A stretch of DNA of 64,000 nucleotides from Candidatus Limnocylindria bacterium (GTDB taxonomy: Bacteria; Chloroflexota; Limnocylindria; QHBO01), in contig JBOGTC010000075.1 in NCBI GenBank assembly GCA_050692055.1, forward strand, positions 4,438-68,437. The letters are read 5' to 3'. How positions within the stretch are numbered: the first letter of the stretch is position 1; every line of letters begins with the position of its first letter. The notes beneath the pieces are model-generated. The model worked only from the letters and a program-made list of their open reading frames with translations, did not search any database and was not told the DNA's origin. Positions 48,796 to 58,199 of this stretch are shown one piece after another. Both the position numbers and the translations under genes were made by a program.

Positions 48796-50221
48796 CGGCT
48801 CCTCCGGTCGCCGTCGCGACCGCGCCCCGGTCGCGGCTCGCAGTGAGTTGAGCCCACTCCTTCTGAACGCGTTCGGGACCGACGTGCAGGTCTTCGGAGA
48901 GGTACTGGACCTCGAAGTCCTCCAGGGCCCGGTGGCCTGCACGCACGGCAATCCGTCGGAGATAGGAGCGGCGCAGGAGGTCCAGGTCGACCTCCGTGAG
49001 ACCCATCTCCTCGACTCCACGAGGGATGACGATTCGCCGGCCGGGAAGGTCCGCGTCGCGCGTGCCCGTGGTCACCTCGATGCCCAGCTGACGAGCCAGG
49101 GTCAGCTGCGCGGTCGGATGCTTGCCGGCTCCGGTGTACTCGGTCTCCTGGACGACGATGATCTCGTCCTCGCCGTACTCACGCGCCAGAACCATGGCCG
49201 CGGCGAGCGACGTGTTTCCCGCCGGTCCGCGTTCGAGTCCCTCGAGATCGGCGAGTAGCTGCGTCGCGTAGAACACCTCGCCCTGCGTGACGGTCACGTA
49301 CCGATCCAGGTAGCGCAGCCCGCGGGCGGCGTTGCGCGGGACGTCCACGCGATCCGGGTCCACGCTGAAGGGAAAACCGAATCCCGTGTGCCCGGTCGTG
49401 AAGGACTTCCGGTTGAAGTGCCTATCGCTCGCCATGTGCAGGCCGGTCAGATCGACGCTTGCCCCGATGACGATCGTGCCGGCCGCCCCGGCGCTCCGCA
49501 GCCCACGCGCGGTTCCCGTGACATTCCCACCGCCCGAGTGCGTGATCACCGCGGCCGCCGGCGCACGGCCAAAGCGCTGCTGGCATTCGGTGCCGATCTC
49601 GTGGCCGAGCGTCTCAATGCCCAAAGTGGCGTACGGCGTGTAGAGGCTTGCGTTGAAGTAGCCGGTCTCCTCCAGCAGGCGTAGCTGGATGTAGAAGAGC
49701 TCGGGCCCAACCGTGAGCTGCCAGACCTCGGCCCCGTAGGCCTCGCATGCCCGGGTCTTCTCCAGGACCTCGGGCTGGCCGCGACCCTGTGAGTCAAAGA
49801 CCTCTTGGAGGATGAGCGCCCTGAGCCCGTAGATCGCGGCCTGCGAAGCCACGGCGGCTCCGTAGTTCCCGGATGTCGCGGCGATGACTCCCTCGAATCC
49901 GCCCTCGGCGGCCTGCGCCAGGCACAGCGAGGCGCGTCGCGCCTTGAAGCTGCCGGCGGCGTTGGCGGCCTCGTCCTTCACGACGATCCGGGCGCCATGT
50001 CCGGCCGGCGAGGATCGCCTTACCAGCTCGCTGATGCGGCTGAGCTCCCAGAGCGGCGTATCCCCCACCTTGTGGGCGGCCTGGATCCGGCGCACGTCCT
50101 CGATGGCGTATGGCGGGCTCGTGGCCAGGCCCTCGTAGTCGAAGGCGATGCCGCCGGGCTGTTCGTACCGCGCGTAGTCGATACCGGCTGAACGCCGCAT
50201 GATCTCGCCCCGGCGAGCCAT
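48788..50221 (-). CDS. PLP-dependent tryptophan-synthase-beta-fold enzyme, OrtB-like (2-amino-4-ketopentanoate thiolase beta subunit homologue)
   Basis: Internal ATG of ORF 48788..50506. Fold-type II PLP enzyme features. Immediately follows the OrtA-like gene. Assignment from recalled family features, not a search. Confidence 0.5.
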   Translation of the reverse strand: MARRGEIMRRSAGIDYARYEQPGGIAFDYEGLATSPPYAIEDVRRIQAAHKVGDTPLWELSRISELVRRSSPAGHGARIVVKDEAANAAGSFKARRASLCLAQAAEGGFEGVIAATSGNYGAAVASQAAIYGLRALILQEVFDSQGRGQPEVLEKTRACEAYGAEVWQLTVGPELFYIQLRLLEETGYFNASLYTPYATLGIETLGHEIGTECQQRFGRAPAAAVITHSGGGNVTGTARGLRSAGAAGTIVIGASVDLTGLHMASDRHFNRKSFTTGHTGFGFPFSVDPDRVDVPRNAARGLRYLDRYVTVTQGEVFYATQLLADLEGLERGPAGNTSLAAAMVLAREYGEDEIIVVQETEYTGAGKHPTAQLTLARQLGIEVTTGTRDADLPGRRIVIPRGVEEMGLTEVDLDLLRRSYLRRIAVRAGHRALEDFEVQYLSEDLHVGPERVQKEWAQLTASRDRGAVATATGGAGG

Positions 50222-50243
50222 GATGGCCTCGTATGAGGACCGA

Positions 50244-50603
50244 TCAGCGCTCACCGCGAGGTGGCCCTTCGAGGGAATGGCGGGCTTCCCGGCCCAGCGC
50301 GAGAAGCTCCGGGATAGGGTTGCCAAAGTCGGCGGAGTTGCGCGGATTGACCGCGGTGAGGCGCCCGCTGACCTGGCGTCCGGCGAGCGTACGGATTGTC
50401 GCTTCGGCGTCCATCGATGCATCGGCAAGCAGAAAGCCGCGGATACGGGCCAGGAAGTCAACTGCGGCCGTATCGGCCGGAATATTGGGTGCGCGTTCGC
50501 CGGCACGGAGGACGATCTGCTGGACCTCGACCCACGACCCGGCCGGGACGCGGTCGCCCTCGGCTGGTGGCATCTGAGAATCCAACGACCCCTCCGAATC
50601 CAT
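50244..50603 (-). CDS. OrtA-like small subunit (2-amino-4-ketopentanoate thiolase alpha subunit homologue)
   Basis: 119 aa. VQQIVLRAGERAPNIPADT...VNPRNSADFGNPIPELLALG resembles OrtA (memory-based). Confidence 0.5.
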   Translation of the reverse strand: MDSEGSLDSQMPPAEGDRVPAGSWVEVQQIVLRAGERAPNIPADTAAVDFLARIRGFLLADASMDAEATIRTLAGRQVSGRLTAVNPRNSADFGNPIPELLALGREARHSLEGPPRGER

Positions 50604-50703
50604 TCCGTTCGGTCGTTCTGGGTGTCACGTACGATATCGCGCTCGTGGCTCTTGCGTCAACGCATACAGTACAAGCTGAGAAGCGCACGGAGGACAGATT
50701 CAA

Positions 50704-52071
50704 GTGTCGGCAGTGGCGCAGAACCAGGCCCTGGCGTCCCTTTCTGAAGAGCTCCGAGGGCCACTCGTCCTTCCCGGCAGTGACGGTTACGAGGCCGCCA
50801 GGCTGGTGTTCAACGGGATGATCGACCGCCGGCCCGAGCTGATCGCCCAGTGCCGCGGGGCCTCCGACGTCAAGGCGGTGATCGACTACGCGCGCGCTCA
50901 TGATCTCCCCGTCGCGGTCCGCGGCGGCGGCCACAACGTGGCGGGCCACGGGACATGCGACGGCGGCGTGCTCATCGACTTCTCGGGCATGCGCACCGTG
51001 CGCGTGGATGCGCATTCGAACACGGTTCGCGCCGATCCAGGCTGCAACTGGGTCGACTTCGACGTCGAGAACGCCGTTCACGGCCTCGCAACGACGGGCG
51101 GGACGGTCGGCAGCACCGGCATCGCGGGGCTGACTCTCGGGGGCGGCCTGGGATTCCTGATGGGGTCGTACGGGCTGACCTGCGACAATCTCGTTTCCGC
51201 CGACCTGGTCACGGCATCGGGGGAGGTCCTGACGGTCAGCGAGCGAGACAATGCGGATCTCTTCTGGGGCATCCGCGGAGGCGGCGGCAACTTCGGCGTG
51301 GCGACCTCCTTCGAGTACCAACTGCACCCGGTCGGCACGCTGCTCGCCGGACTCGTGCTGTACGCGGAGGACGTTGCCCGCCAGGCGCTCGAGCTGTTCC
51401 GCGAGGTCTGTTCGACGGCGCCCGACGAGCTCTCGTGCGCATTCGTCATGCTGACGCTGCCTGACGGGCCGAAGGTGGCCGCCATCGCCGCCTGCTACAA
51501 CGGCCCGATCCCCGATGGTGAGCGCCTGGTGGAGCCGCTTCGCACGCTTGGACCGCCGGTGGATGACGGCATCCGACCGATGCGCTACCCCGAGGTACAG
51601 CGCATCTTCGCGGAGATCCCGTTCGGGCTGCACAACTACTGGAAGGGCCACTTCCTCCGCGAGATGACCGATGACGTCGTGAGCGCCACGATGGAGGCAT
51701 TCGACACGATGACCTCCGAGCATTCGGCCATCCTGATCGAGGCCCCGCACGGAGCCGTGGGCCGCGTCCTCGCCGACGCCACCGCCTTCGGGCAGCGTGA
51801 TGCTCGCTTCAACGCAAGCGCGCTCGCAATCTGGGAGCCCTCAGAGGATCCGGACCGCCATGTCGAATGGAGCCGCACCTACGCCGACGCCATCGCTCCG
51901 TTTGCCAGCGGTGGCTACTTCAACTATCTGGGCCACGACGCATCCGCGGACGACGTCGCGGCCGCGTTCGGCCAGGAGCGCTTCAAGCGCCTGGTGAACC
52001 TGAAGACGAAATACGACCCGACCAACATGTTCCGGTTCAACCAGAACATCCGGCCGGCGACGGCAGGATGA
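50704..52071 (+). CDS. FAD-binding (VAO/BBE-type) oxidoreductase
   Basis: VAVRGGGHNVAGHG FAD-binding PCMH motif. 455 aa. Confidence 0.75.
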   Translation: MSAVAQNQALASLSEELRGPLVLPGSDGYEAARLVFNGMIDRRPELIAQCRGASDVKAVIDYARAHDLPVAVRGGGHNVAGHGTCDGGVLIDFSGMRTVRVDAHSNTVRADPGCNWVDFDVENAVHGLATTGGTVGSTGIAGLTLGGGLGFLMGSYGLTCDNLVSADLVTASGEVLTVSERDNADLFWGIRGGGGNFGVATSFEYQLHPVGTLLAGLVLYAEDVARQALELFREVCSTAPDELSCAFVMLTLPDGPKVAAIAACYNGPIPDGERLVEPLRTLGPPVDDGIRPMRYPEVQRIFAEIPFGLHNYWKGHFLREMTDDVVSATMEAFDTMTSEHSAILIEAPHGAVGRVLADATAFGQRDARFNASALAIWEPSEDPDRHVEWSRTYADAIAPFASGGYFNYLGHDASADDVAAAFGQERFKRLVNLKTKYDPTNMFRFNQNIRPATAG

Positions 52072-52173
52072 GGTTCGGCCTCCACCTGCCGAACTTCGGC
52101 CCGGCCGGGGATCCTGCGGTCCTCGCAGCGGTACGTTCTCGACAGCGACTGGGGTGAGGTTCAGCCCCGTCGT

Positions 52174-53205
52174 TCAGCTACGCGGCGTCACCAACGGAAG
52201 CACCTCCTCGGCGAGGATGCGACGCGACTCTGCGGCGACGGCTGGATCCAGCCCTGGGAAATGGGCGCGAGCGACGTAGGTCCCGTGCTCGCTGAGTACC
52301 CCGGCGTACTCCAGGATTCGCTCCGTCACCTCCTCGGGCGTACCGGTGATCACCTGTCCGCGCAGCCGCTCGTCGTCCTGCGCAGACATCGCCGGCGGCC
52401 GCCTCCGCTCGCGTGACCCGCGCGCCGTGGCCATGTCGGCGTACTTCCAGCTCATGTACCAGGCGGCATCGCGCACGCGCTCCCAAGCGTCGCCGTCGCG
52501 CCAGGCGAAAGTGGGCCGATAAAGGTTGGCGGTGATCGCGTCCGGGTCACGGCCGGCCGCCAGCGCCTCCTCTTGGACCCACGACATGCGCCGCGCGAGC
52601 CCGTCGGGCGATGCGGGCCCGGCAAAGTAGCCGTCCGCCAGGCGACCCACGCGTCGGACGGCGGGCTCGGCACCCGCGCCGAGCCAGATCGGCGGCCCGC
52701 CGGCCCGTGCCGGCTTGGGCGTCACGTGGAGCCCGTCGTAGCGATAATGCCGTTCGTCGCCCGTGACGAGGCCGTCCGACCAGGCCTGTCGCAGCACCGC
52801 CAAATGGCCCTCGAGCCGGGAGCCGCGCTCGCGCATCGGTACGCCGAAGGCGTCGAACTCCTCCTCCCGCCAGCCGATCCCGAGCCCGAGGATGAGGCGC
52901 CCGCCGGAGATGAGGTCGACCGTCGCGGCGTCCTCCGCCAGATGAAGCGGATCAAACATCGGGGCCAGGAGCACCCCGGTCCCGAGCCGGATGCGCGAGG
53001 TCCGGGCCGCGATGGCGGCGAGCAGCGGCAGCTGCGAGGGCATGTAGCCGTCGTCGACGAAGTGGTGCTCACTGGTCCAGACCGAGTCGAACCCGGCCGC
53101 CTCGACCTCCACGGCCATCTCGATCGCCTCGCGGTAGAGCTCCACATCGGTGCGCGGGTCGTCCGGGTGGTGCTGCGCCGTCAGGTAGCCGTAGCCGAGT
53201 CGCAT
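52174..53205 (-). CDS. LLM-class flavin/F420-dependent oxidoreductase
   Basis: 343 aa luciferase-like TIM barrel (ILGLGIGWREEEF). Confidence 0.8.
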   Translation of the reverse strand: MRLGYGYLTAQHHPDDPRTDVELYREAIEMAVEVEAAGFDSVWTSEHHFVDDGYMPSQLPLLAAIAARTSRIRLGTGVLLAPMFDPLHLAEDAATVDLISGGRLILGLGIGWREEEFDAFGVPMRERGSRLEGHLAVLRQAWSDGLVTGDERHYRYDGLHVTPKPARAGGPPIWLGAGAEPAVRRVGRLADGYFAGPASPDGLARRMSWVQEEALAAGRDPDAITANLYRPTFAWRDGDAWERVRDAAWYMSWKYADMATARGSRERRRPPAMSAQDDERLRGQVITGTPEEVTERILEYAGVLSEHGTYVARAHFPGLDPAVAAESRRILAEEVLPLVTPRS

Positions 53206-53244
53206 CTCAACAGACTACCCGGCTCGACTGGCGCCGAGCATCCG

Positions 53245-54654
53245 GTGGCATGGCATGTAGCGGACGATGACCGACTCGACTATCTTCGGCGCACCGGCCC
53301 GAGCGACGACGAGGCCACGACAACGGAGATCCAGGCAGTCCTCGAGATCGACCCGGCGAGCGCCCGGGTCCACGAGCACGGCTGGCAGTCGTGGACGCCG
53401 GCGTCGACCTACGGAGTGAATGAGCGCCCGCATCGGCGTCGCACCGACCGGAACGCGGTCATGCACACCCACGGTGGATCAATGCCCCCGCGCGGCTTCA
53501 GCGCAGCCGGCCTCCTGGCCGTCGATCCAGGTAACGGAGCGCCGATCCACGTCTTCGCCGCCCGCGATGGTCGCCGTGCGGTCCCGACGACCAGCGCCGA
53601 GCGCTCCGGCGACCGGCTCGTCGTCCGCGCAGACGGTCCCGTCGACCACCTCGAGGATGCCGGGCCGGGCGGAATTGAGGGCGCGCTCGCGCGCTGGTCG
53701 GACAACGTGGTGGCCGGCATGCAGCTGCCTCCGCCGCGGCCGGCGCCGACCGCCTGGTGCTCGTGGTACCACTACTTCACAGAGGTGACCGAGGCCGACA
53801 TCGACGAGAACCTGGCGGCGATGGAGGAGCTCGACCTGCCGATCGAGGTCGTCCAGCTCGACGACGGCTACCAGGCCGAGGTGGGCGACTGGGTGACGCT
53901 CTCGGATCGATTCGCCTCGCTCGAGGCGATGGCGCGTCGCATCCACGCCTCCGGGCGTCGAGCCGGGATCTGGATCGCGCCCTTCCTCGTGGGCGAGCGG
54001 TCGGAGCTCGCTCGGCGCCATCCCGACTGGCTCGTGCAGAGCGGCACCGGACCAACAGATGCCGGCTGGAACTGGGACGAGGACCTGGCGGCGCTCGACG
54101 TCACGCACCCGGCGGCCGCCGCGTATCTTGCCGACGTACTCGGGACCATGCGCGGCTGGGGCTTCGATTTCTTCAAGGTGGACTTCGTCTACGCCGGCGC
54201 GCTCGACGGCCAACGCAACCAACCGATCGACGGCCTCGAAGCGTACCGCATCGGCATGGAGCTGATCCGAGAGGCGATCGGCGACGCCTACCTGCTCGGC
54301 TGCGGCGCGCCGATCCTGCCGAGCATCGGTCTCGTCGACGCCATGCGCGTCAGCCCCGACACGGCCCCGACCTACGAGCCCAGCGACGGGAGCCTGTCCG
54401 AGCCGGAGGTCAGCCTCGCAATCGTCACCGGTGTCGCGCGCGCCTTCCAGCACGGCCGCTTCTGGATCAACGACGCCGACTGCCTCATCGTGCGGCCCGA
54501 GGTCGAGCGCCGCGAGGAATGGGCGGACCACGTCGGCCGCTACAGCGGCCTCCGAAGCTCAAGCGACCGCCTGCGCTCACTCGATGCCTGGGGCCTCGAG
54601 ACGACCCGCCGCCTCCTGTCCGAACCGCCACCGCCAAGATTCGTCGACAGCTGA
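53245..54654 (+). CDS. Glycoside hydrolase, GH36/GH27-clan alpha-galactosidase-like
   Basis: CSWYHYF, QLDDGYQ, FFKVDFVYAG, GCGAPILPS motifs. GTG start at 53245 is tentative. The upstream part of the track ORF is antisense to the LLM gene. Confidence 0.6.
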   Translation: MAWHVADDDRLDYLRRTGPSDDEATTTEIQAVLEIDPASARVHEHGWQSWTPASTYGVNERPHRRRTDRNAVMHTHGGSMPPRGFSAAGLLAVDPGNGAPIHVFAARDGRRAVPTTSAERSGDRLVVRADGPVDHLEDAGPGGIEGALARWSDNVVAGMQLPPPRPAPTAWCSWYHYFTEVTEADIDENLAAMEELDLPIEVVQLDDGYQAEVGDWVTLSDRFASLEAMARRIHASGRRAGIWIAPFLVGERSELARRHPDWLVQSGTGPTDAGWNWDEDLAALDVTHPAAAAYLADVLGTMRGWGFDFFKVDFVYAGALDGQRNQPIDGLEAYRIGMELIREAIGDAYLLGCGAPILPSIGLVDAMRVSPDTAPTYEPSDGSLSEPEVSLAIVTGVARAFQHGRFWINDADCLIVRPEVERREEWADHVGRYSGLRSSSDRLRSLDAWGLETTRRLLSEPPPPRFVDS

Positions 54655-54710
54655 GCAGTCCGCAGGTCCCCCATGCGACGCGGGGGGCAACGCGCACCAC
54701 TCGACCGTGT

Positions 54711-55040
54711 TCAGTCGTCAGCTCTCTTGCCGAACCGGCCGCCTGATCGCTTCCGGAGCCGGCTGATGCGTCGCTGGATGTCATGGCGCCTCGTTTCGGT
54801 CTCATCGCGATCGAGACCGATGACTTCCAGCTCGCCGTCGCGCATCCTCACGAGCACGACCGATCCCTCCTCGACGCCGGCCGGCAGTCGATCGAGCGGG
54901 ACGTGATGCTCGATCTCGTCATCGCCGACGAGTACGACCGCCAGCCCGTCGGTCAGGCGATCGACCACACCGCGCAGCGGATCATCAGCCGACACAGGCG
55001 ACCCCCTGGGCCTTGATGTCCGCCAAACGCGCGGAGGCAA
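54711..55040 (-). CDS. DUF3006-like small protein
   Basis: 109 aa. Start uncertain. Confidence 0.4.
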   Translation of the reverse strand: MPPRVWRTSRPRGSPVSADDPLRGVVDRLTDGLAVVLVGDDEIEHHVPLDRLPAGVEEGSVVLVRMRDGELEVIGLDRDETETRRHDIQRRISRLRKRSGGRFGKRADD

Positions 55041-56514
55041 TGCCGTTCACGCGGTCCAGGTCATCGACGGATCCGAACGGCCGCAGTGACGGAATCTCTG
55101 CGGCACGTACTGGTCCGATGTGGATGATCAGCTGCAGCTGCTCGTACGTCGCGGAGTTGATGTCCACCTGACCCGGGGCGCAGCCGCCCGTGACGGGTGG
55201 TGGCGGCGGAGGGGCGGCGATCGGCACCGGCGTGACGACCTGCGCCGGTGGCGTGCTGATCACCGGCGCTGACCGGGAGGTGGCAACGCTGTAGGTGGTC
55301 CCGTCGGTCCGGACGATGACCGTGCCATGCGTCGGCGTGCCGTAGATATCGATGCCTGCGCCCGCGAGCCTCGTGACCACCTCGTCGTGCGGGTGCCCGT
55401 ACTGATTGCCGGCGCTCGCCGAGTAGACCGCGACCTGGGGCCGCACCGCGGCCAGGAACTCCGCACTGGTCGAGGTGTTCGATCCGTGGTGGCCGACCTG
55501 GTAGACCGTCGAGGCCAAGCCGGAACCGTGACGCGAGACGATGGCAGCCTCGACATCGGCCTCGGCGTCTCCGGTGAAGAGGAAGGAGACCGAGCCGTAT
55601 GACACGCGAAGCGTGAGCATGTCGGTGTCGATATCACCGCTCAGGCTCGCCGGATGCAGGACTTGGACCGTGAGCGAGCCCACCGTGGTCGTCTGTCCGG
55701 CGCGTGGCTCCTCGTAGGCCGCGTCCGAGCGCTCGATCGCGGAGAGCGCCCGCGAGAACGTCTGCGTGGTGTGCGACGTTCCGGGCATCCAGACCTCTGC
55801 CACCGCGAGGCTGTCCAGCACGCTGTCCAGCTGGCCGATGTGGTCGGCATGCCCGTGGGTGATCGCCACGACGTCGAGCTCGGTCACGCCGGCGGCGGTC
55901 AGCAGCGGGACGACGTCATTGCGATCATGCCGTCCGGCGTCTATGAGCAGCGTCGCGTCGGGAGCCACCAGGAGCGTCGCATCGCCCTGCCCAACGTCCA
56001 GGAAGTGCACGACGAGCTCGCCGCTGGTAGCCGTTACCGCCTCGCTCGGCTCAGATTCCGAAGGCGCGGGCGAAGGCGTGATAGTGGCACGAGGAGTGGG
56101 TGCCGCGGTCGGCTTCGAAGTCGGCGTAGGCGAAGAGAAGGATTGGCTCGGGCTCGAGGACTGGGACGGCTCAGTGAGTGCAGGAGCGGAGTGCGCCGGG
56201 GCCGACGCCGATTGGTCAGACGGGGCCCTGATTCCGTAGCTAGCGACGGCGAGCGGCAGGGAGATTGCCAGCAGCAGCAGCGCTGCAAAGCGCAGCGGCG
56301 TGGCGCGCAGTGCAAACGGCACGAACCCGAGGAACGGATGACGGAGCAGTCGATCGACGACTGCCGGTCGTCGCCATGCCACCAGGAGGACGCCGACCGC
56401 CGCGAGGAGCAAGAGCGGGCCGATCAAGACGAGCACCGCCAACCCGACCATCAGGCCGATGACGAGGCCTGTCCGGGCAAGCGGCGACGACGGTAGGCGC
56501 GGGAGACGAGCCAC
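54985..56514 (-). CDS. Membrane-anchored ComEC/Rec2-type MBL-fold hydrolase fused to C-terminal ComEA-like helix-hairpin-helix DNA-binding domain
   Basis: Two N-terminal TM helices, Pro/Ser/Thr-rich linker, MBL motifs (HFLDVGQGDA, ITHGHADHIG, GHHGS), then DINSATYEQLQLIIHIGPVRAAEI...VNGIASARLADIKAQG (helix-hairpin-helix). Confidence 0.65.
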   Translation of the reverse strand: MARLPRLPSSPLARTGLVIGLMVGLAVLVLIGPLLLLAAVGVLLVAWRRPAVVDRLLRHPFLGFVPFALRATPLRFAALLLLAISLPLAVASYGIRAPSDQSASAPAHSAPALTEPSQSSSPSQSFSSPTPTSKPTAAPTPRATITPSPAPSESEPSEAVTATSGELVVHFLDVGQGDATLLVAPDATLLIDAGRHDRNDVVPLLTAAGVTELDVVAITHGHADHIGQLDSVLDSLAVAEVWMPGTSHTTQTFSRALSAIERSDAAYEEPRAGQTTTVGSLTVQVLHPASLSGDIDTDMLTLRVSYGSVSFLFTGDAEADVEAAIVSRHGSGLASTVYQVGHHGSNTSTSAEFLAAVRPQVAVYSASAGNQYGHPHDEVVTRLAGAGIDIYGTPTHGTVIVRTDGTTYSVATSRSAPVISTPPAQVVTPVPIAAPPPPPPVTGGCAPGQVDINSATYEQLQLIIHIGPVRAAEIPSLRPFGSVDDLDRVNGIASARLADIKAQGVACVG

Positions 56515-56589
56515 GGAACCAATCTGAGGCTGGCTCGTGACAGCTTGTATGGCGCAATAGTCAGTGCGATCGTCCGGGCCGATCCGAGG

Positions 56590-57516
56590 TCAGCCGCGAA
56601 ACAGCGTGTCGCCGTGCCACTCGAGGTACTCGGCCGAGGGCGGCGGAGCCGGGGGCAACGGCGAACGGACCGATGCACCCTCGAGGGCGTAGTAGTCGCG
56701 GCCGTTCTCGAACTCCTCGCGGATCCGGCGGCTGACGCGCAGCTCCAGCGACGGCGTGACTGTCACGTAGCCGGCGTCGAACAAGGCGTGGAGGTCCTTG
56801 CGCAGCAGGATCCCGTTCTCGAGCCGATGCGGACCGAGCTCGGCATACGGGCGGATGTGGGCGGCGTCGAGCACCGGCAGCGTCCGCTCACCGGTGACGG
56901 CGCATCTGCGCTGATAGGCGTCGGTCACGAGCAGGCGGAAGGCGCCTTGGCCAAGCCGACGCTGCATCAGCATCGGCGCCCCGTACCGATCCTCTGCGAT
57001 CGCGTGATCGGCCGGAACCCGGTTGGCCAGCGCCAGCTGCACCCGGCTCCACAGGAGCGCCCCCTCACCGATGTCGCTGTCGAACGTCTTGCCCTGCACG
57101 ATGTTCGGCGCCCAGTCGGCAGGCGGCGCGATCCAATCGGCCTGGTCGAGGAAGAACGGCTCGACCAGTACCAGGCAGCCGACCTGGTCGGCGTGGATGT
57201 CAATCTTCGTGCGCCGATATCGGCCGATGCGCGCAACCATCTCCTCGAAGCTGCCCGCGCCGTTCTCGATCCCGAACGTGTCCCACGTCATCCGCACCGG
57301 CAGCGCCGAGTAATGCGCGAAGAACCCACCGCCCACGATCCAGCCACCGTGCGACGCATGGAGCTTGAAGAGGAAGAGCGCGCCAGGCTCCAGCGTCACC
57401 GGCGGCCGCCCGGCGCTCGGCTGCCAGAAGTTGACCTCCGACAGCTCCGGCCTGGCCGAGAGAAACCGGAACCAGTCGTAGTCGGTGATTCCGACCCAGT
57501 AACGCATGGCCCTCAA
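56590..57516 (-). CDS. HNH endonuclease with ~150-aa N-terminal uncharacterised domain (candidate modification-dependent/Type IV restriction endonuclease)
   Basis: C-terminal HNH motif CAVTGERTLPVLDAAHIRPYAELGPHRLENGILLRKDLHALFD. N-terminal domain (MRYWVGITDYDWFRFL...GGWIVGGGFFAHYS) not assigned. Confidence 0.6.
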   Translation of the reverse strand: MRAMRYWVGITDYDWFRFLSARPELSEVNFWQPSAGRPPVTLEPGALFLFKLHASHGGWIVGGGFFAHYSALPVRMTWDTFGIENGAGSFEEMVARIGRYRRTKIDIHADQVGCLVLVEPFFLDQADWIAPPADWAPNIVQGKTFDSDIGEGALLWSRVQLALANRVPADHAIAEDRYGAPMLMQRRLGQGAFRLLVTDAYQRRCAVTGERTLPVLDAAHIRPYAELGPHRLENGILLRKDLHALFDAGYVTVTPSLELRVSRRIREEFENGRDYYALEGASVRSPLPPAPPPSAEYLEWHGDTLFRG

Positions 57517-57542
57517 GTATCAGTGAATTTGCCTCGACACCG

Positions 57543-58109
57543 ATGGTAGCCTTGCCGCCAAGCAAGCCACCAATGCCTTGCTCGAGGGGACCAATGCACG
57601 AGCTGCCCGATAGACCATTCGCCCGATACGCCAACGGCGGAGCGGAGCTGCTCGGCATCCCGGCGTGGGGTGACGGGACGGCTCGCGCAGGGTACGGCCG
57701 ACCTGTCTTCGCCGAATGCGGATACCAGTGCGTGTACTGCAGCTTCGACATGGGCGCGCCGTACGAGAACTGGCTGAACCTGTCTGTCGACCACGTCGTC
57801 CCGGAGCACCTCGTGAAGGCCGCCTGGCCGCGCGAGTGGGTGCTCGACCGGATCAACCTGGTCACGTGCTGCCGAGCGTGCAACGAGTTCCTGAATGGCT
57901 ATCGCGTGATCGACCCGACGCCGCCTGCCACCTTCGCCGGCTTCATCGCCGTTCGTGACCGAGTCTTCGACGAGAAGCTGGCTCACGCCCTGAAGCGGCA
58001 CGCCGTCGAACGCGAGCGGTATGTCGCGGGTCGACCTGCCGGCCCGACCGACGTCCAGGAGCAGGTCGCCGAACATGACGTCCAACGCGTACGAGCTGTC
58101 TATGGGTAG
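57543..58109 (+). CDS. HNH endonuclease (McrA-like zinc-finger HNH)
   Basis: CGYQCVYCSFDM...SVDHVVPEHLV...LVTCCRACNEF. Confidence 0.6.
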   Translation: MVALPPSKPPMPCSRGPMHELPDRPFARYANGGAELLGIPAWGDGTARAGYGRPVFAECGYQCVYCSFDMGAPYENWLNLSVDHVVPEHLVKAAWPREWVLDRINLVTCCRACNEFLNGYRVIDPTPPATFAGFIAVRDRVFDEKLAHALKRHAVERERYVAGRPAGPTDVQEQVAEHDVQRVRAVYG

Positions 58110-58199
58110 CTTCACCGAAGAGTCCGGCAAGTGAGTGGGGCCGGGCGACCCTGCGACGACGCGCCGCAGGTACCACGAGCCGGATCGCGCGGATGAGTC

